From Candidatus Sumerlaeales bacterium (GTDB lineage Bacteria; Sumerlaeota; Sumerlaeia; Sumerlaeales; Sumerlaeaceae): DNA of 64,000 bases. Below are positions 22,578 through 33,826 of the stretch, in pieces. The DNA lies in the NCBI GenBank assembly GCA_038243585.1, contig JBBSQY010000006.1, forward strand, positions 34,764-98,763. Direction: 5' to 3'. The stretch's first letter is position 1; the number at the start of each line of letters is the position of its first letter. Below the pieces are notes generated by a model. The model was not told the DNA's origin. It ran no database searches and worked only from the letters and a program-made list of their open reading frames with translations. The translations under genes and the position numbers were made by a program.

Positions 22578-22787
22578 CTATCGCCGATGGACTTGGAACT
22601 TATCGTAAACTAATGTCCACTCTTCAGACGGTTCGTTAAAAGATCCTAACAGATCTTCTTCGTCCAATCCCGTAAGACGAACGCTCTCTTCAATAAAATG
22701 CTCGATGCGCGCTTGTCTGTCTGCTTCAGGATCCATCGGAACCAAATTAAACTGTGCTAATGACCCACGGAGGTCGCGAAAGCCCAT
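22578..22787 (-). CDS. Small hypothetical protein
   Basis: 69-aa ORF in an intergenic gap with an AGGAG RBS. Confidence 0.5.
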   Translation of the reverse strand: MGFRDLRGSLAQFNLVPMDPEADRQARIEHFIEESVRLTGLDEEDLLGSFNEPSEEWTLVYDKFQVHRR

Positions 22788-22927
22788 TGAAATCTCCTGA
22801 CTTATTCTACATTTTACATGAAGAAGCGGGGCCTGCGCCAGATAGCGTAATCGCTTTTCGTTCCTATTGATAACAACACGGCGCCTGAAATCTGCACAAA
22901 CAAGCGTAATTACTGTCCAAAGATCGA

Positions 22928-25549
22928 CTACATTTGCTTGAGCACAGCTTTCATCAGGTTCGTACGCTGAAAGCTGTCTGGTATTAATGATAATGGAAAC
23001 CCAAGCAAGATGACTTCACCCTCCGAGGATGTTGGTCGGGTCAGCGTTGCAGCGCTTCCGGCACTTACCCCACTGCTATATTTCATCAATTCAATGCTTC
23101 TGCCCTGTCGCAACTCTAACCGCGAAGGTGTCGTATCTGCCTTTTGCCAGAAATTGGGCCTCACTGCCAGTGAAAGTGATACACTTGTAGGAAAGAACCG
23201 GTCGTCCGTGCTGGCAATGGCCGAATTTGCGACGCCTGAATCAGCTTTCGAAACTCCCAGAACGTCTGACAGAAAGCTGCGATTACGGCCGCCCTCTTGA
23301 TAGAGATTTGCGGCAAGTCCACTGCCAGATAAATACAGTTTTCCGCTTCTATTTAAAAAGCTGCGAAGCTGGTTTTGTATTTTCTCAGATAGAATTGGCT
23401 TTTCGGGATTCTGCGTTTCTGAGGTGACAAATAGTTGTTTATACGATTTCCAGTCAACGAGTCCGTCTTCGAAAGCCGCGCTGTCGGCACCGTCAAAAGC
23501 CTGTCCCGCAGCAACGAGGGCAAACGCTTCCGCTGCACCGGATGGTTCCTCCATTGCATACAGCGCCCGTACCCGCTCCGTCTGGGCCGTAGCCTTATAA
23601 GGTCCACCGGGCTGGATTCCCAAATTGTAAGGTATATTAGTAGACTTATCCAGCGAAGTGTGCACTGGCACAATTATGCTTTTCTTTGATGAACCTTTTT
23701 TGCCCGGTAAACCAACGGCAATGGTTTGAGATGGAAATGACTCGCCACCTGCGTTTAGTGCGGTTACTCTAATAAAAGTAACTCCTCCGCTGGTGAGGGG
23801 GTCAACAGTCAAACCTTCCACCGTCGCACCTGCGGCAACTCCGCCGTCAAATCCATAACCGTCCGGAGACCTGTACACCCTGAATTCCCTCGCCGGATCA
23901 CCACTAAATTCGCTTTCAGTGCCACCCCGCCATTTTACATTAATTTTGCCATCATCAATTAGCGCGGCGATTGCAACTGGCCGTGCAGGCGGCATTGTCA
24001 CCGCGCTGCCTGGGGATGCAACTTCTGAATACCATTTAAGAACCCCACGCAGAGTAGCCTGCGCCATATGAATGCGCGATATTGGATTCAACAGGAATTC
24101 CACATCTTCGGCGTTATCGTGAAAAGCAGTTTCCACAATAGTTGCGTTCATTTCATTCTGTATATAGTCCCGACGCAGTTCTCCGAAATTGATTCCGCTG
24201 TAAGTATTTCTTTCCCGATCAGACCATTTTGCATCACCTGGCGTCTGCTCGGCTTTCATCTGTATGTTGATTTCCTGCCCAATAATTTCAGCGAGAGATT
24301 CCTGGTATGTGGGACGCTGTCCGGCACTGGCGTTAAATAATGCAATTGCTCCGCGAGCTTTCCCTGTGCTCGCATTGGAATGAAAGCTTATGAGTATTCT
24401 ATCGAAAAATGAACCCTCTGTCTCACGATTAACGTGCGCCGCCGCTTTAGGAGGGGATGAGATGGTCGAATTTCCGTCTTTACCGGTATCAAATATCCGC
24501 CTGTCTGTGTTTGCACCGAGAGCTCTTTCGATCCAGTAACTGTCGCCTTCATCTTCACGGAGAAATCCAGAAATACCGCCCGGACGGGGCACGTCGCCTT
24601 TCCCATTGCCAAAACGGACCGCATCGGCCACGACCACGTTTCCATTATAGGCTTCGTACGGATCTAATACTTTATTGGTGGTTTCTACGTATCCGGTGTC
24701 ACCTTTGTTAAAATAATAGGTACCTAACCAAACCCATGTTTTTCCCACTTGCCGCCAGTTCACACGAATTTCTGCGTGTCCACCAGAGTGAACAATCCGG
24801 TATAACTGTTTTGAGCGGTCATCCCCATCTCGTGCCCAGACGTAAACCGGATAATAACCGGATTCAGGTATATAGGGCCGATAGCGAGCTATAGCTGTCT
24901 CCGAAAGGGTGGCTTTCGCAACGGCATAAGGGACAGCATCCGTTCGTGCGCCGTAGAAACGGTCGGAGTCTCCTTTTCGCCAGTCTCCAAATAGTTCCAC
25001 CTGGGGCATGGAATTATCCAGAATACGTTCATTCGGCTGGTAATCTATAGGTCGAAACGGAACAATGGTCGCGCCGGCGTTAAATGCCATATGGGCAAAA
25101 ATGTGCATTTGGTCCGCATTGCCCATATCTTCCACCATACCGTGAGACAGGCCGCGTTGGGTGTAGTAGTACATTTCCTCTGAATTATAGGTCCACCCGT
25201 GGCCCGCCATGGCAAACATCACTTTACCTGTCAAAGCTCCAGATGGCTGTTGATAAGCGGGACCGGAAAGCAATAACTGATCTGCTACGGCTTTAGAATA
25301 GGGCCTGGATGGTACCGGTGCGGATTCTATTGGCTCGCGGAAGTCATCAGCCTCAGCCATCTCAACTATCCAATCAGGCGAACCGGCAGCGGCTTCCTGA
25401 ATTGTAAGCGATTCGGTTGTTTGTGCATAGCCGGCATTAGGAATCAGAGATGAGCAGAGCGCAATTGCAAACGTGCTGGTTTGAAAAACGCCTGCAAAAA
25501 GGCGAAAAACTTCGCCAGATAAGTTAAAGGTTATCAAGAAGCGGTTCAT
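22928..25549 (-). CDS. Secreted amidase_3-like protein with golvesin/CBM-like and FN3 domains
   Basis: AGHG, SFHSNA and VETAFHDN amidase motifs; WVWLGTYYF..G and VVADAVRFG; FN3-like VTALNAGGES. Confidence 0.65.
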   Translation of the reverse strand: MNRFLITFNLSGEVFRLFAGVFQTSTFAIALCSSLIPNAGYAQTTESLTIQEAAAGSPDWIVEMAEADDFREPIESAPVPSRPYSKAVADQLLLSGPAYQQPSGALTGKVMFAMAGHGWTYNSEEMYYYTQRGLSHGMVEDMGNADQMHIFAHMAFNAGATIVPFRPIDYQPNERILDNSMPQVELFGDWRKGDSDRFYGARTDAVPYAVAKATLSETAIARYRPYIPESGYYPVYVWARDGDDRSKQLYRIVHSGGHAEIRVNWRQVGKTWVWLGTYYFNKGDTGYVETTNKVLDPYEAYNGNVVVADAVRFGNGKGDVPRPGGISGFLREDEGDSYWIERALGANTDRRIFDTGKDGNSTISSPPKAAAHVNRETEGSFFDRILISFHSNASTGKARGAIALFNASAGQRPTYQESLAEIIGQEINIQMKAEQTPGDAKWSDRERNTYSGINFGELRRDYIQNEMNATIVETAFHDNAEDVEFLLNPISRIHMAQATLRGVLKWYSEVASPGSAVTMPPARPVAIAALIDDGKINVKWRGGTESEFSGDPAREFRVYRSPDGYGFDGGVAAGATVEGLTVDPLTSGGVTFIRVTALNAGGESFPSQTIAVGLPGKKGSSKKSIIVPVHTSLDKSTNIPYNLGIQPGGPYKATAQTERVRALYAMEEPSGAAEAFALVAAGQAFDGADSAAFEDGLVDWKSYKQLFVTSETQNPEKPILSEKIQNQLRSFLNRSGKLYLSGSGLAANLYQEGGRNRSFLSDVLGVSKADSGVANSAIASTDDRFFPTSVSLSLAVRPNFWQKADTTPSRLELRQGRSIELMKYSSGVSAGSAATLTRPTSSEGEVILLGFPLSLIPDSFQRTNLMKAVLKQM

Positions 25550-25571
25550 TTAAAAAGGGTCTTAAACAGAT

Positions 25572-28202
25572 TTGCCAGTGACAATGAAAATCGGCAATAA
25601 GAGTCCTCTCTGCAAACGAGAAACAAAACAGGCTAAATTTATAATGACTTATTTTTACCGTAGAACAGGCTTCATCCCAATGCTCGCACATCTGATCTTT
25701 AATATCTACTTGTCCTATTTCGGCGCCGCGCCAATCACATGCGCAGAACCCTTTAAATTAGACGCGCCCATTATCGCGGTACCCGTTGGGCTTACGACCA
25801 CCCGTCAGCCCCGTATTGAGTGGCGGTCTGTCGCCAGTGACAGTTATCAGGTTCTCGTCACAGCAGAAGAGACGACTGCCAGTCAAATCTTATGGGATTC
25901 CGGCATCGTCGAAAGCGATGACAAATGGACAACGGCCGTACCGCAACTGCCGGTCAATTCGACACTATACACCCATGTTCGAGTAAAGACCAAACAGCGA
26001 TGGACAAACTGGAGCCCCCGTAGCGTCCCGTTTCGTATTCAGCCAGTTCCCCAAGCAGCAGGGGATATAATTACCTATGATCTAAGCTATTCCAGAAAGT
26101 TACCCGCACCCGAAGCCTTTGGCCATGCACATTTGGTTAGCGTTCTTCAGGGTATTGTCAATCGCGACCAGCCACAGCTATTTGTCAATTTCGTGAGAGC
26201 GAAACGCTTACCTGACGGGGTAGATAATTACTGGCTGAATCGTTTGCAAGAGCCTGAAGGATGGCTTGCAAAGAAATCATTGGTACCGGAGGATGAAATT
26301 CTGGCGTTGGTGAACCGATTTCGATCTTCAATAGATGGAGTTGTGATTTGGGATCCCGAGGTTAACGCGACGTCCAATATAGCTTCTACGGTAGCCGGCG
26401 CAGACAACTTGCTTCCAGTCAGATACGATCCCTCCCCAGGATCTTTTTATACTAGGCTTGTCACCAGCGGCCCACAACTCCCTGTACGGCTTAATCTTGT
26501 GGGAAAGTTCACCGGCACAGGAACAATACCAGACACAGCCAGAGCCTCCAGTGGAAGCAGGAAATGCGACGCCTACATTTGGGCTGTTGAAAATTATCTG
26601 AAAACAAAACGCTCAAACCCGCAAAAACTGGGTTATTATCTCGATGCCTATTGGATAAGCGAGCCCGGTGGCGACGCTCAGCTTCATACGTTGACGAATC
26701 ACGACTATTTTGTGGCTAACAAAGGGTTCTTCTGGGACTTGTCACCTTGGTCCGATGAGACCCCCGTGGACGATCCCGATCAGCCCCTTGGAGCCGACTT
26801 AAATACTTTAAAAGAAATATACGTTTCGTCTTACGAAGCAATGGCGGGTGCCAAATTTAGTCATACGGGTGGATTTACGCCTTGGCATCTAAAATATACA
26901 AACTCTCACGGGGCGGGAGGCACCCATGGTGCTGTGGAAACCGAATGGGAAACCGCTCGGATATTATCCGCTTATAACTCGTACCTCGATGCCGACGCCA
27001 TCGGGATTTGCGCAATGGCCAATGCTTCCCTGTATCAGCACATGCCATTGCCCGAGCGATACTCCCAGCCTGTGCCACCTATGCCAGAAGAGCTCCAGCG
27101 ACAGGGGCTGTTAAGCCAGCGAAATTTGGTGACAACTGCGACATACATCCTGCATTATGTGGGAGACTATGACTCGGCGGCTTGGGCTACAAGCATGCTC
27201 CCAGGTTTTTGGGACGCTGGCGACAGAGGATCTGTAAATATGGGCTGGGCGATTAATCCTAATCTGAGCGAACGCGCTCCCATGTTTTTTGAATATGCCT
27301 ACAGAACACGGACGGCACACGACCACTTCATGGCAGGGGATTCAGGAGCAGGGTACGTTAATCCCACTCAGTTGCTATCGCCTCGCCGACCATCTGGTTT
27401 GCCTTCCGCCGTAGAGGCATGGCAGCATCATTGCCGGCAATTTTACCAGGCGTTCGGAATGAACTTTACCGGGTTTGTCATTAATGGCCTTTCTGGAGTC
27501 ATTGGGCCGGAGGCGGAACGCATTCATACGGCTTTCTCTCCAAACGGCATTGTTATTCAGGAGGCGGTAAACCAGGGCGACGTTCACCTGGAAGGTACAA
27601 TGCCGGTGTTTGTTCACAATTCTGATCTTAGTGTCAATGCGCCGGAGGCCGCGGATACGGTTCACTCTCTCGCGCAACCAGACACCCTGCAATTCCTCAT
27701 GTTCCGAAGCATCCTACGGCCTGTTTCGTATTATGCTACCCTGAACAACTTGCTGCGCAGTAGTCGTCCCGATTTGAATTATGTCTTCTGTAGCCCAGAC
27801 GTTTTTTCATATTTAGCACGGGTACATTTAGGTTCAGACAATAACCAAATGGCCAGCTACCTTTTCGACACTATTCCCCAGGACATGCAGGCAGGAAACT
27901 CCTACCCGGTCCAGATAGCGATCCGGAACGATGGGTGGGACACATGGAAGGGCGGAAAAGGCGGAACTCACGGACTCCTGGTCGAAATTTCCGTAAACGA
28001 TAAGTCTACATCACCCACCTTTTATCCCATGCCCCGCGACGTTCCACCCGGTGACTCGATCGTCATAAAAGTCGAAATTACGGCATGCGACAGGGGTGGC
28101 TCGCAAACGATTAATTATGAAATGGCCAGTAACAACGGCGCGAATAAGTTTTCCAGCAGTGGTGACCCCGCTTTTGTGCAAAAGCTAAAGGTCGAAATAT
28201 AA
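25572..28202 (+). CDS. GxGYxYP-family putative glycoside hydrolase with Ig-like domains (start uncertain)
   Basis: LQGIVNR..PQL, VGDYDS and SGAGYVNP; C-terminal IRNDGWDTW Ig-like domain. Confidence 0.7.
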   Translation: MPVTMKIGNKSPLCKRETKQAKFIMTYFYRRTGFIPMLAHLIFNIYLSYFGAAPITCAEPFKLDAPIIAVPVGLTTTRQPRIEWRSVASDSYQVLVTAEETTASQILWDSGIVESDDKWTTAVPQLPVNSTLYTHVRVKTKQRWTNWSPRSVPFRIQPVPQAAGDIITYDLSYSRKLPAPEAFGHAHLVSVLQGIVNRDQPQLFVNFVRAKRLPDGVDNYWLNRLQEPEGWLAKKSLVPEDEILALVNRFRSSIDGVVIWDPEVNATSNIASTVAGADNLLPVRYDPSPGSFYTRLVTSGPQLPVRLNLVGKFTGTGTIPDTARASSGSRKCDAYIWAVENYLKTKRSNPQKLGYYLDAYWISEPGGDAQLHTLTNHDYFVANKGFFWDLSPWSDETPVDDPDQPLGADLNTLKEIYVSSYEAMAGAKFSHTGGFTPWHLKYTNSHGAGGTHGAVETEWETARILSAYNSYLDADAIGICAMANASLYQHMPLPERYSQPVPPMPEELQRQGLLSQRNLVTTATYILHYVGDYDSAAWATSMLPGFWDAGDRGSVNMGWAINPNLSERAPMFFEYAYRTRTAHDHFMAGDSGAGYVNPTQLLSPRRPSGLPSAVEAWQHHCRQFYQAFGMNFTGFVINGLSGVIGPEAERIHTAFSPNGIVIQEAVNQGDVHLEGTMPVFVHNSDLSVNAPEAADTVHSLAQPDTLQFLMFRSILRPVSYYATLNNLLRSSRPDLNYVFCSPDVFSYLARVHLGSDNNQMASYLFDTIPQDMQAGNSYPVQIAIRNDGWDTWKGGKGGTHGLLVEISVNDKSTSPTFYPMPRDVPPGDSIVIKVEITACDRGGSQTINYEMASNNGANKFSSSGDPAFVQKLKVEI

Positions 28203-28275
28203 TGATATAATTCTGTAAACCTCAGCCTATAATCGCACTGTCATCTAACACAGAAACATAAGCCAGCCTACAGCT

Positions 28276-29628
28276 CTAATTGGTGGAAGGTCCCGGGGGA
28301 GCGGTGCGTAATATGGTCCAACCTGCAATACCCGCAATGAGCGACCCTGCTAATATTCCAATTTTCGAAATCTCAAGCAGCTGAGATTCCCCGAAAGCCA
28401 GATTCGCGACAAAAAGACTCATTGTGAACCCGATTCCGCCTAGAAACGCAACGCCAATCACATGGCGCCAGGTTACTCCTACAGGCATAGACGCAAGGTT
28501 TAACCTGATAGCCAACCATGAAAATAGGCTAACACCAATAAGTTTACCCACCACCAAACCGACTATAATTCCAAGACTCACCGAACTTCCAAGCGCGGCA
28601 ACTCCGCCGCCCGCCAGACTAACTCCCGCGTTTGCAAAAGCAAAAATAGGCAGAACCGTAAAAGTAACCCACGGATGGAGCTCATCTTCTAGCCGACTCA
28701 GCGGTGTCTGCACACCTTCTGTAAGATCCTGCAAGGAATTTAACACACCATGACGGTCACTGTTAAGCCCCCGCTCTATATCCAGTGGTCCTGCTTCCTC
28801 AAACCCGTTAAGTAGCTGGCGCCCATTTTCCAGAAACTGCGCCTCGGCGATTCGCGTGCGAGCCGGAATTGCCATAGCCAGTAAGACCCCCGCAACAGTG
28901 GCGTGAACTCCTGACTTAAGGATGGCTATCCACAGAACCGCGCCGACCAAGCCATAAACGACCGGCCTGCGTACTCCCATGGTATTTAACGCAATGGCCG
29001 CCGCAAGCATGATACCAGACACCAGAAGAGCCCCAAGGGACACTTTCGCAGTGTAAAAAATCGCAATTACCAGTACGGCCCCGATATCGTCGACAATGGC
29101 AAACGCCGTAAGAAATATTTTTAACGACAACGGCGCACGCTTTCCAAGCAGTTGCAAAACACCAAGGGAAAAGGCTATATCCGTAGCCATGGGAATTCCC
29201 CAACCGTGGCTTCCGTCTCCACCGACGTTAAACACAGCATATAACCCCGCCGGCACCACCATGCCTCCAATCGCAGCTGCAATGGGAAGTGTGGCCTTTC
29301 GCACGGAGGTAAGCTCACCGATCAAAATTTCCCGCTTAATTTCAAGGCCCACAACGAAAAAGAAAATTGCCATAAGCCCGTCATTGATCCACAGTAACAA
29401 CGGTTTGGATAGCTCATAGGGTCCAATACCTATTGTTAATTTGGACTGCCAGGTATTAAAATAAACTGAGGACCAGGGGGAGTTCGCCCATAGTAGGGCC
29501 AGAACTGTACAACCAAAGAGAATTATACCGCCTGAAGTCTGGCGATGTAGGAACTCCTGAAACGGGCTTAAAATACGGTCAATTGGAGCCCTTGGTCCAA
29601 TTTTGACATGAGATTTCTTACTGGCCAC
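28276..29628 (-). CDS. nhaA: Na+/H+ antiporter NhaA
   Basis: WINDGLMAIFF, GLEIKRE, PMATDIAF, AIVDD, SGVHAT and GIGFTMS. Confidence 0.96.
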   Translation of the reverse strand: MASKKSHVKIGPRAPIDRILSPFQEFLHRQTSGGIILFGCTVLALLWANSPWSSVYFNTWQSKLTIGIGPYELSKPLLLWINDGLMAIFFFVVGLEIKREILIGELTSVRKATLPIAAAIGGMVVPAGLYAVFNVGGDGSHGWGIPMATDIAFSLGVLQLLGKRAPLSLKIFLTAFAIVDDIGAVLVIAIFYTAKVSLGALLVSGIMLAAAIALNTMGVRRPVVYGLVGAVLWIAILKSGVHATVAGVLLAMAIPARTRIAEAQFLENGRQLLNGFEEAGPLDIERGLNSDRHGVLNSLQDLTEGVQTPLSRLEDELHPWVTFTVLPIFAFANAGVSLAGGGVAALGSSVSLGIIVGLVVGKLIGVSLFSWLAIRLNLASMPVGVTWRHVIGVAFLGGIGFTMSLFVANLAFGESQLLEISKIGILAGSLIAGIAGWTILRTAPPGPSTN

Positions 29629-29739
29629 GAGTAACCTTTCAGTAATACCTTAATAAGAGATCTCTTCGGATTAAGACGCGGAACAAAATACCGTTACACC
29701 GCCAAATGCCGGAGACACCTAACTGCCAAAACCATATAA

Positions 29740-29816
<77 letters not shown>

Positions 29817-29904
29817 ATGCAGTCTAAGTTTTGATGCCTACATTAGCTGGTTTTAGGTGTTCAATAAAAACTGGCGACCTTGGATTCCCGTTAGCAGCAT
29901 GAAC

Positions 29905-30489
29905 CTATTTTATGTCCACCAACTCTATTTCAAACACAAGATCGGAGTTCGGAGGCACATTTCCCTGACCTTTATCACCATACCCCAGATTCGACGGCAC
30001 ATATAGTTTTCTGACTTCGCCAACATTCATGTCGTTTGTGCCGACCTCCATGCCTTTGATTGCTTGGGATTCACCAGGCTTGAACGAAAACGGAATCGGA
30101 AATTCCGCTTCACGTGAGCTCTCCAGCTTTTGACCATCGGTCAAATACAGCGTGTAATGGATTTGACGGGTGCCTGTGGTAGTTGCTAAGGGCCCGGCTC
30201 CAGCTTTAATTATCTGGTAGTAGATTCCGCCTGGTAATGTTAAAGAAGTAGGACTATCGGCGGAAGATGTCGCAGATGCAGTAATAATGCTATGGCTGCT
30301 TATACTCACAGTGCTCTGCGTCGTGTGGGTATCGACCTCTTGGGATGCGGTCGTCTCTTCCCCGGCTACTAGCGTTGTTGTAAGCGCATCACTCGAAGAT
30401 GTCACGAAGTCTTGTGCCCACGAGACCGTAGAGCAGCAGATGTGAACCAGTACTGCAACGATTACGAGAGTGGCGTTATTGTGCGACAT
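29905..30489 (-). CDS. FKBP-type peptidyl-prolyl isomerase, exported
   Basis: Signal peptide, S/T-rich linker, IKGMEVG..M.VGE.RKL.VP..LGYG and PPNSDLVFEIEL. Confidence 0.88.
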   Translation of the reverse strand: MSHNNATLVIVAVLVHICCSTVSWAQDFVTSSSDALTTTLVAGEETTASQEVDTHTTQSTVSISSHSIITASATSSADSPTSLTLPGGIYYQIIKAGAGPLATTTGTRQIHYTLYLTDGQKLESSREAEFPIPFSFKPGESQAIKGMEVGTNDMNVGEVRKLYVPSNLGYGDKGQGNVPPNSDLVFEIELVDIK

Positions 30490-30509
30490 TGATTAAATCC
30501 TTTCGAATA

Positions 30510-31370
30510 TCAGACGATAGCCTTGCCTTGGAATTTGCGTATGGCAAAGATTACAATAAAAAGTAGGAACTGGGTCAACACGATAGTCGATCCCGTGGGC
30601 CAGTCAGTTCCGTTAGAGATAAGAAGTCCAATGGCCGTAGTGCTAAACCCAATCGCAAGAGATACCACTATCATGTTTCTAAACCGTTGTGTCAGGACTT
30701 GCGCCGTTGCACCGGGCAGAATGAGAAATGCGCTTACCAAAAGCACTCCGATGATTCGTGAGCTGATAATGATTGTGACAGACATCAGTCCCAGCAGAAG
30801 GAGATGGAGAATGGTAACCGGAAGTCCTGAAACCCGTGCCATGTCTTCATCAAATGTAAAGTAGAGTAGTTCTTTATGGAAAAGTATTAACGGAACAATG
30901 ACAAGCAGTCCCAGTCCTGCAATTGCCGCGACCTGTTCGCTGCTAACCGCTAAAACACTACCGAAAAGATAGGAATATACATCCTGATTATACCCGGGAG
31001 CCATTCGAAAAAAAATGGCTCCTAGCGCCATACTCGCTACAAAAAAGATGCCGATAGCGCTGTCTTCGCTGATTTTAGTATGATTGCTGGTGAAAGCAAT
31101 CAGTGCGGCAACTCCAAGACAAAAGAGAAGAGCAACCGAGTCCACATGAAGAGCCGTGGCGGCGCCGCCACCGAACAACAGAATTCCCAGGGCAAACCCG
31201 CCCAGCGCGCTGTGGCTAATGCCCTGACCAATGAATGCCATCCGCCGCAACACAACATAGACAGAAAGCCACGAGCAGACAAGGCTAATTATCATGCCGC
31301 CTATTACGGCATTTCTCCAGAACTCATATTCCACGAGGTCTTGCCAAAAGGTTTGTAGTTGAGTAATCAT
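30510..31370 (-). CDS. Metal (Zn/Mn) ABC transporter permease, ZnuB-like
   Basis: RRMAFIGQGISHSALGG, YLFGSVLAV and FDEDMARVSG. Confidence 0.9.
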   Translation of the reverse strand: MITQLQTFWQDLVEYEFWRNAVIGGMIISLVCSWLSVYVVLRRMAFIGQGISHSALGGFALGILLFGGGAATALHVDSVALLFCLGVAALIAFTSNHTKISEDSAIGIFFVASMALGAIFFRMAPGYNQDVYSYLFGSVLAVSSEQVAAIAGLGLLVIVPLILFHKELLYFTFDEDMARVSGLPVTILHLLLLGLMSVTIIISSRIIGVLLVSAFLILPGATAQVLTQRFRNMIVVSLAIGFSTTAIGLLISNGTDWPTGSTIVLTQFLLFIVIFAIRKFQGKAIV

Positions 31371-31528
31371 ACGTGCCGTTTATTTTTCGGAGCGATGAGA
31401 GCCGTCGCGGCGAAGAGTGGAATTCCGATCCATGAGTATTTTGCTAAGCACAAACGATTAATATTGCCGTGGCGCGGTCATAATCCCTTGCTCCGCTGAT
31501 CATAAGATTTTTTTCCAGATAGATTAGA

Positions 31529-32407
31529 ATGCCATTGGACCCTTCGTTGACAGATCCGACCCTGCAAGAGCAGGATTCAACATTACCTAACAAAACTGCT
31601 GCTCCGGTGAGAGAAACCACATTTCTCGGTTACCTGAGAGAGTGGGCCGATGCCCTGATCATTGCTTTCGTAGTGGCCATGTTTATCCGTACATTTGTGG
31701 TTGAACTGTTTAAAATACCCAGCGGATCTATGAGTCCAACATTGCTCGGTGACTTTGTTGCAGAGGGCCTTGCGACAGATCGTAAAGGGGAAGGGCATGA
31801 GTACCTGCTTATAAGCGACCCGATGGGGGACATTGTTCAGGTTTTCGAAAAGCAGCCTGATAGCCACTATATTTACAGGGGAAAGCAGTCGAAGTTCGCC
31901 TTAACGTCAAGTCAGCAGGTGCTGCTTGAGTCCAAGGTACACCGTGAGGAACATAGAATCCTGGTTAACAAGTTTTCCTACTGGTTTAAAAAGCCTGAAA
32001 GAGGCGACGTCGTTATTTTCAGGGTTCCTTTTGGATCAGACCCGGTATTAGACGAAGCTCAAAATGTCTCCGTTCCTGCTTACCACAGGGACCAAAGCGT
32101 GTATGTGAAACGAGCTGTGGCATTCGGCGGCGAGCAACTGATGATCGGTGACGACAACCATTTGTACGTAAACGGAGAACTGGTTAGCGATCCTGAGATT
32201 ATTTCAAAATTACAATATTTCCCGCCCGCAGGGGCGTCTGAATACCAGCTTGATATTCCTGAAAATCACCTTATGGCGCTAGGCGACAACTCTGGCAACA
32301 GCCTTGATAGCCGGTACTGGGGCCCGCTTCCTTTTGACAACCTTCGGGGCAAGGCTGTGCTTAGATACTGGCCATTTAAGGACAAATGGTTTTTAAGTCC
32401 CAAGTAA
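31529..32407 (+). CDS. lepB: Signal peptidase I
   Basis: IPSGSMSPTL, YVKR and GDNSGNSLDSRYWG. Confidence 0.93.
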   Translation: MPLDPSLTDPTLQEQDSTLPNKTAAPVRETTFLGYLREWADALIIAFVVAMFIRTFVVELFKIPSGSMSPTLLGDFVAEGLATDRKGEGHEYLLISDPMGDIVQVFEKQPDSHYIYRGKQSKFALTSSQQVLLESKVHREEHRILVNKFSYWFKKPERGDVVIFRVPFGSDPVLDEAQNVSVPAYHRDQSVYVKRAVAFGGEQLMIGDDNHLYVNGELVSDPEIISKLQYFPPAGASEYQLDIPENHLMALGDNSGNSLDSRYWGPLPFDNLRGKAVLRYWPFKDKWFLSPK

Positions 32408-32524
32408 ACATGAGACGAATTTAAAAACTGATTTAATTGATAACAGGACCTTTTTTGTTGTTTGCAACTCGGGGCCTCATGAGCGGTATTGGCCCGAATT
32501 TATAATCTATGGGATATCGTAATA

Positions 32525-33721
32525 ATGTCTATTTTCGCAGCGCCCACTGACGCACCTCGGCGCGACCTCTCGTCCAAGCTTAATTCTAAAGTGTTAGCGA
32601 TGCCGCCAAGCGGTATTCGGCGCTTCTTCGAGCTCGTTATTGGCATGGATGATGTCATCAGCCTTGGGGTGGGGGAGCCGGATTTTGCGACGCCACGGTG
32701 TATTCGCGATAAGGCAATTAAAGATATTGAAGCCGGACGGACCACATATACCAGCAACTACGGACTTATGGAATTGCGTGAGGGCCTTTCAGATTGGCTG
32801 CAACGGACCTATGACATAAGTTATGACCCGGCATCCGAGATTCTGATCACGGTAGGCGCCAGTGAAGGTCTGGACGTCGCACTACGTGCCATTGTTAACC
32901 CAGGCGACGAGGTAATTGTCCTTCAGCCATGCTATGTCTCTTATGGTCCGGCGGTTGAACTCGCTGGCGGAGTGCCCGTTTTGTTCCCAACGTTCCAGAA
33001 GGATGGGTTCCGGGCTAACCTTGAAGAGCTGCAAAAAGCTGTGACGCCGCGAACTAAGGCAATCATGGTAAATTATCCGAACAACCCGGCCGGCAATACT
33101 TTTGACAGGGAAGACTTGGAACAATTAGCAGAGTTTGTTAAAAAAAATGACCTGCTGATAATCAGTGATGAAATCTACGCTGAACTGACGTATGATAAAA
33201 AACACGTGGCATTGTCTTCTCTGCCGGGGATGAAGGATTACGTTATTCTTGTAAGCGGCTTCAGTAAGAGTCATGCTATGACAGGCTGGCGGCTCGGTTA
33301 TACCTGTGCGCCCCCGGAAATTACTGCAGCAATGGTTAAAATACATCAATATACAATCCTGTGCGCTCCTACGCTAAGCCAGTATGCGGCAATAGAAGCC
33401 TTAAAGCATTGCGACGACGCAGTTTCCGGTATGCGTGAAGAGTATCAGAAGCGTCGTGACCTGATAGTGCAAGGTTTTAATAACCTGGGCCTAAAGACAT
33501 TGGTGCCAGAGGGCGCGTTTTATGCGTTCGCAGATATATCCGGAACCGGGATGTCGAGCGAAGATTTCTGCATGCGTCTGCTCGCCGAACATAAGGTCGC
33601 GGTAGTGCCCGGCACCGCTTTTGGGGCATGCGGTGAGGGGTTCATACGCGCAAGCTACGCATCAAGTTTGGAGCGGATCGAGCTGGCTCTTGACAAGATG
33701 GAAATTTATTTAGCGACATAA
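32525..33721 (+). CDS. Class I/II PLP-dependent aminotransferase
   Basis: SLGVGEPDF, NYPNNPAG, SDEIY and SKSHAMTGWRLG. ATG 32525 chosen as start. Confidence 0.92.
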   Translation: MSIFAAPTDAPRRDLSSKLNSKVLAMPPSGIRRFFELVIGMDDVISLGVGEPDFATPRCIRDKAIKDIEAGRTTYTSNYGLMELREGLSDWLQRTYDISYDPASEILITVGASEGLDVALRAIVNPGDEVIVLQPCYVSYGPAVELAGGVPVLFPTFQKDGFRANLEELQKAVTPRTKAIMVNYPNNPAGNTFDREDLEQLAEFVKKNDLLIISDEIYAELTYDKKHVALSSLPGMKDYVILVSGFSKSHAMTGWRLGYTCAPPEITAAMVKIHQYTILCAPTLSQYAAIEALKHCDDAVSGMREEYQKRRDLIVQGFNNLGLKTLVPEGAFYAFADISGTGMSSEDFCMRLLAEHKVAVVPGTAFGACGEGFIRASYASSLERIELALDKMEIYLAT

Positions 33722-33826
33722 ATCGAAAAGTAGCATAGGCCTCCCGCCTGTGTATTTCCTGAGCGGCACGTTATCCAACCAGGAAACAATGATAGGAATT
33801 ACCCAGCCAGTGCTTCTGCCACTTGA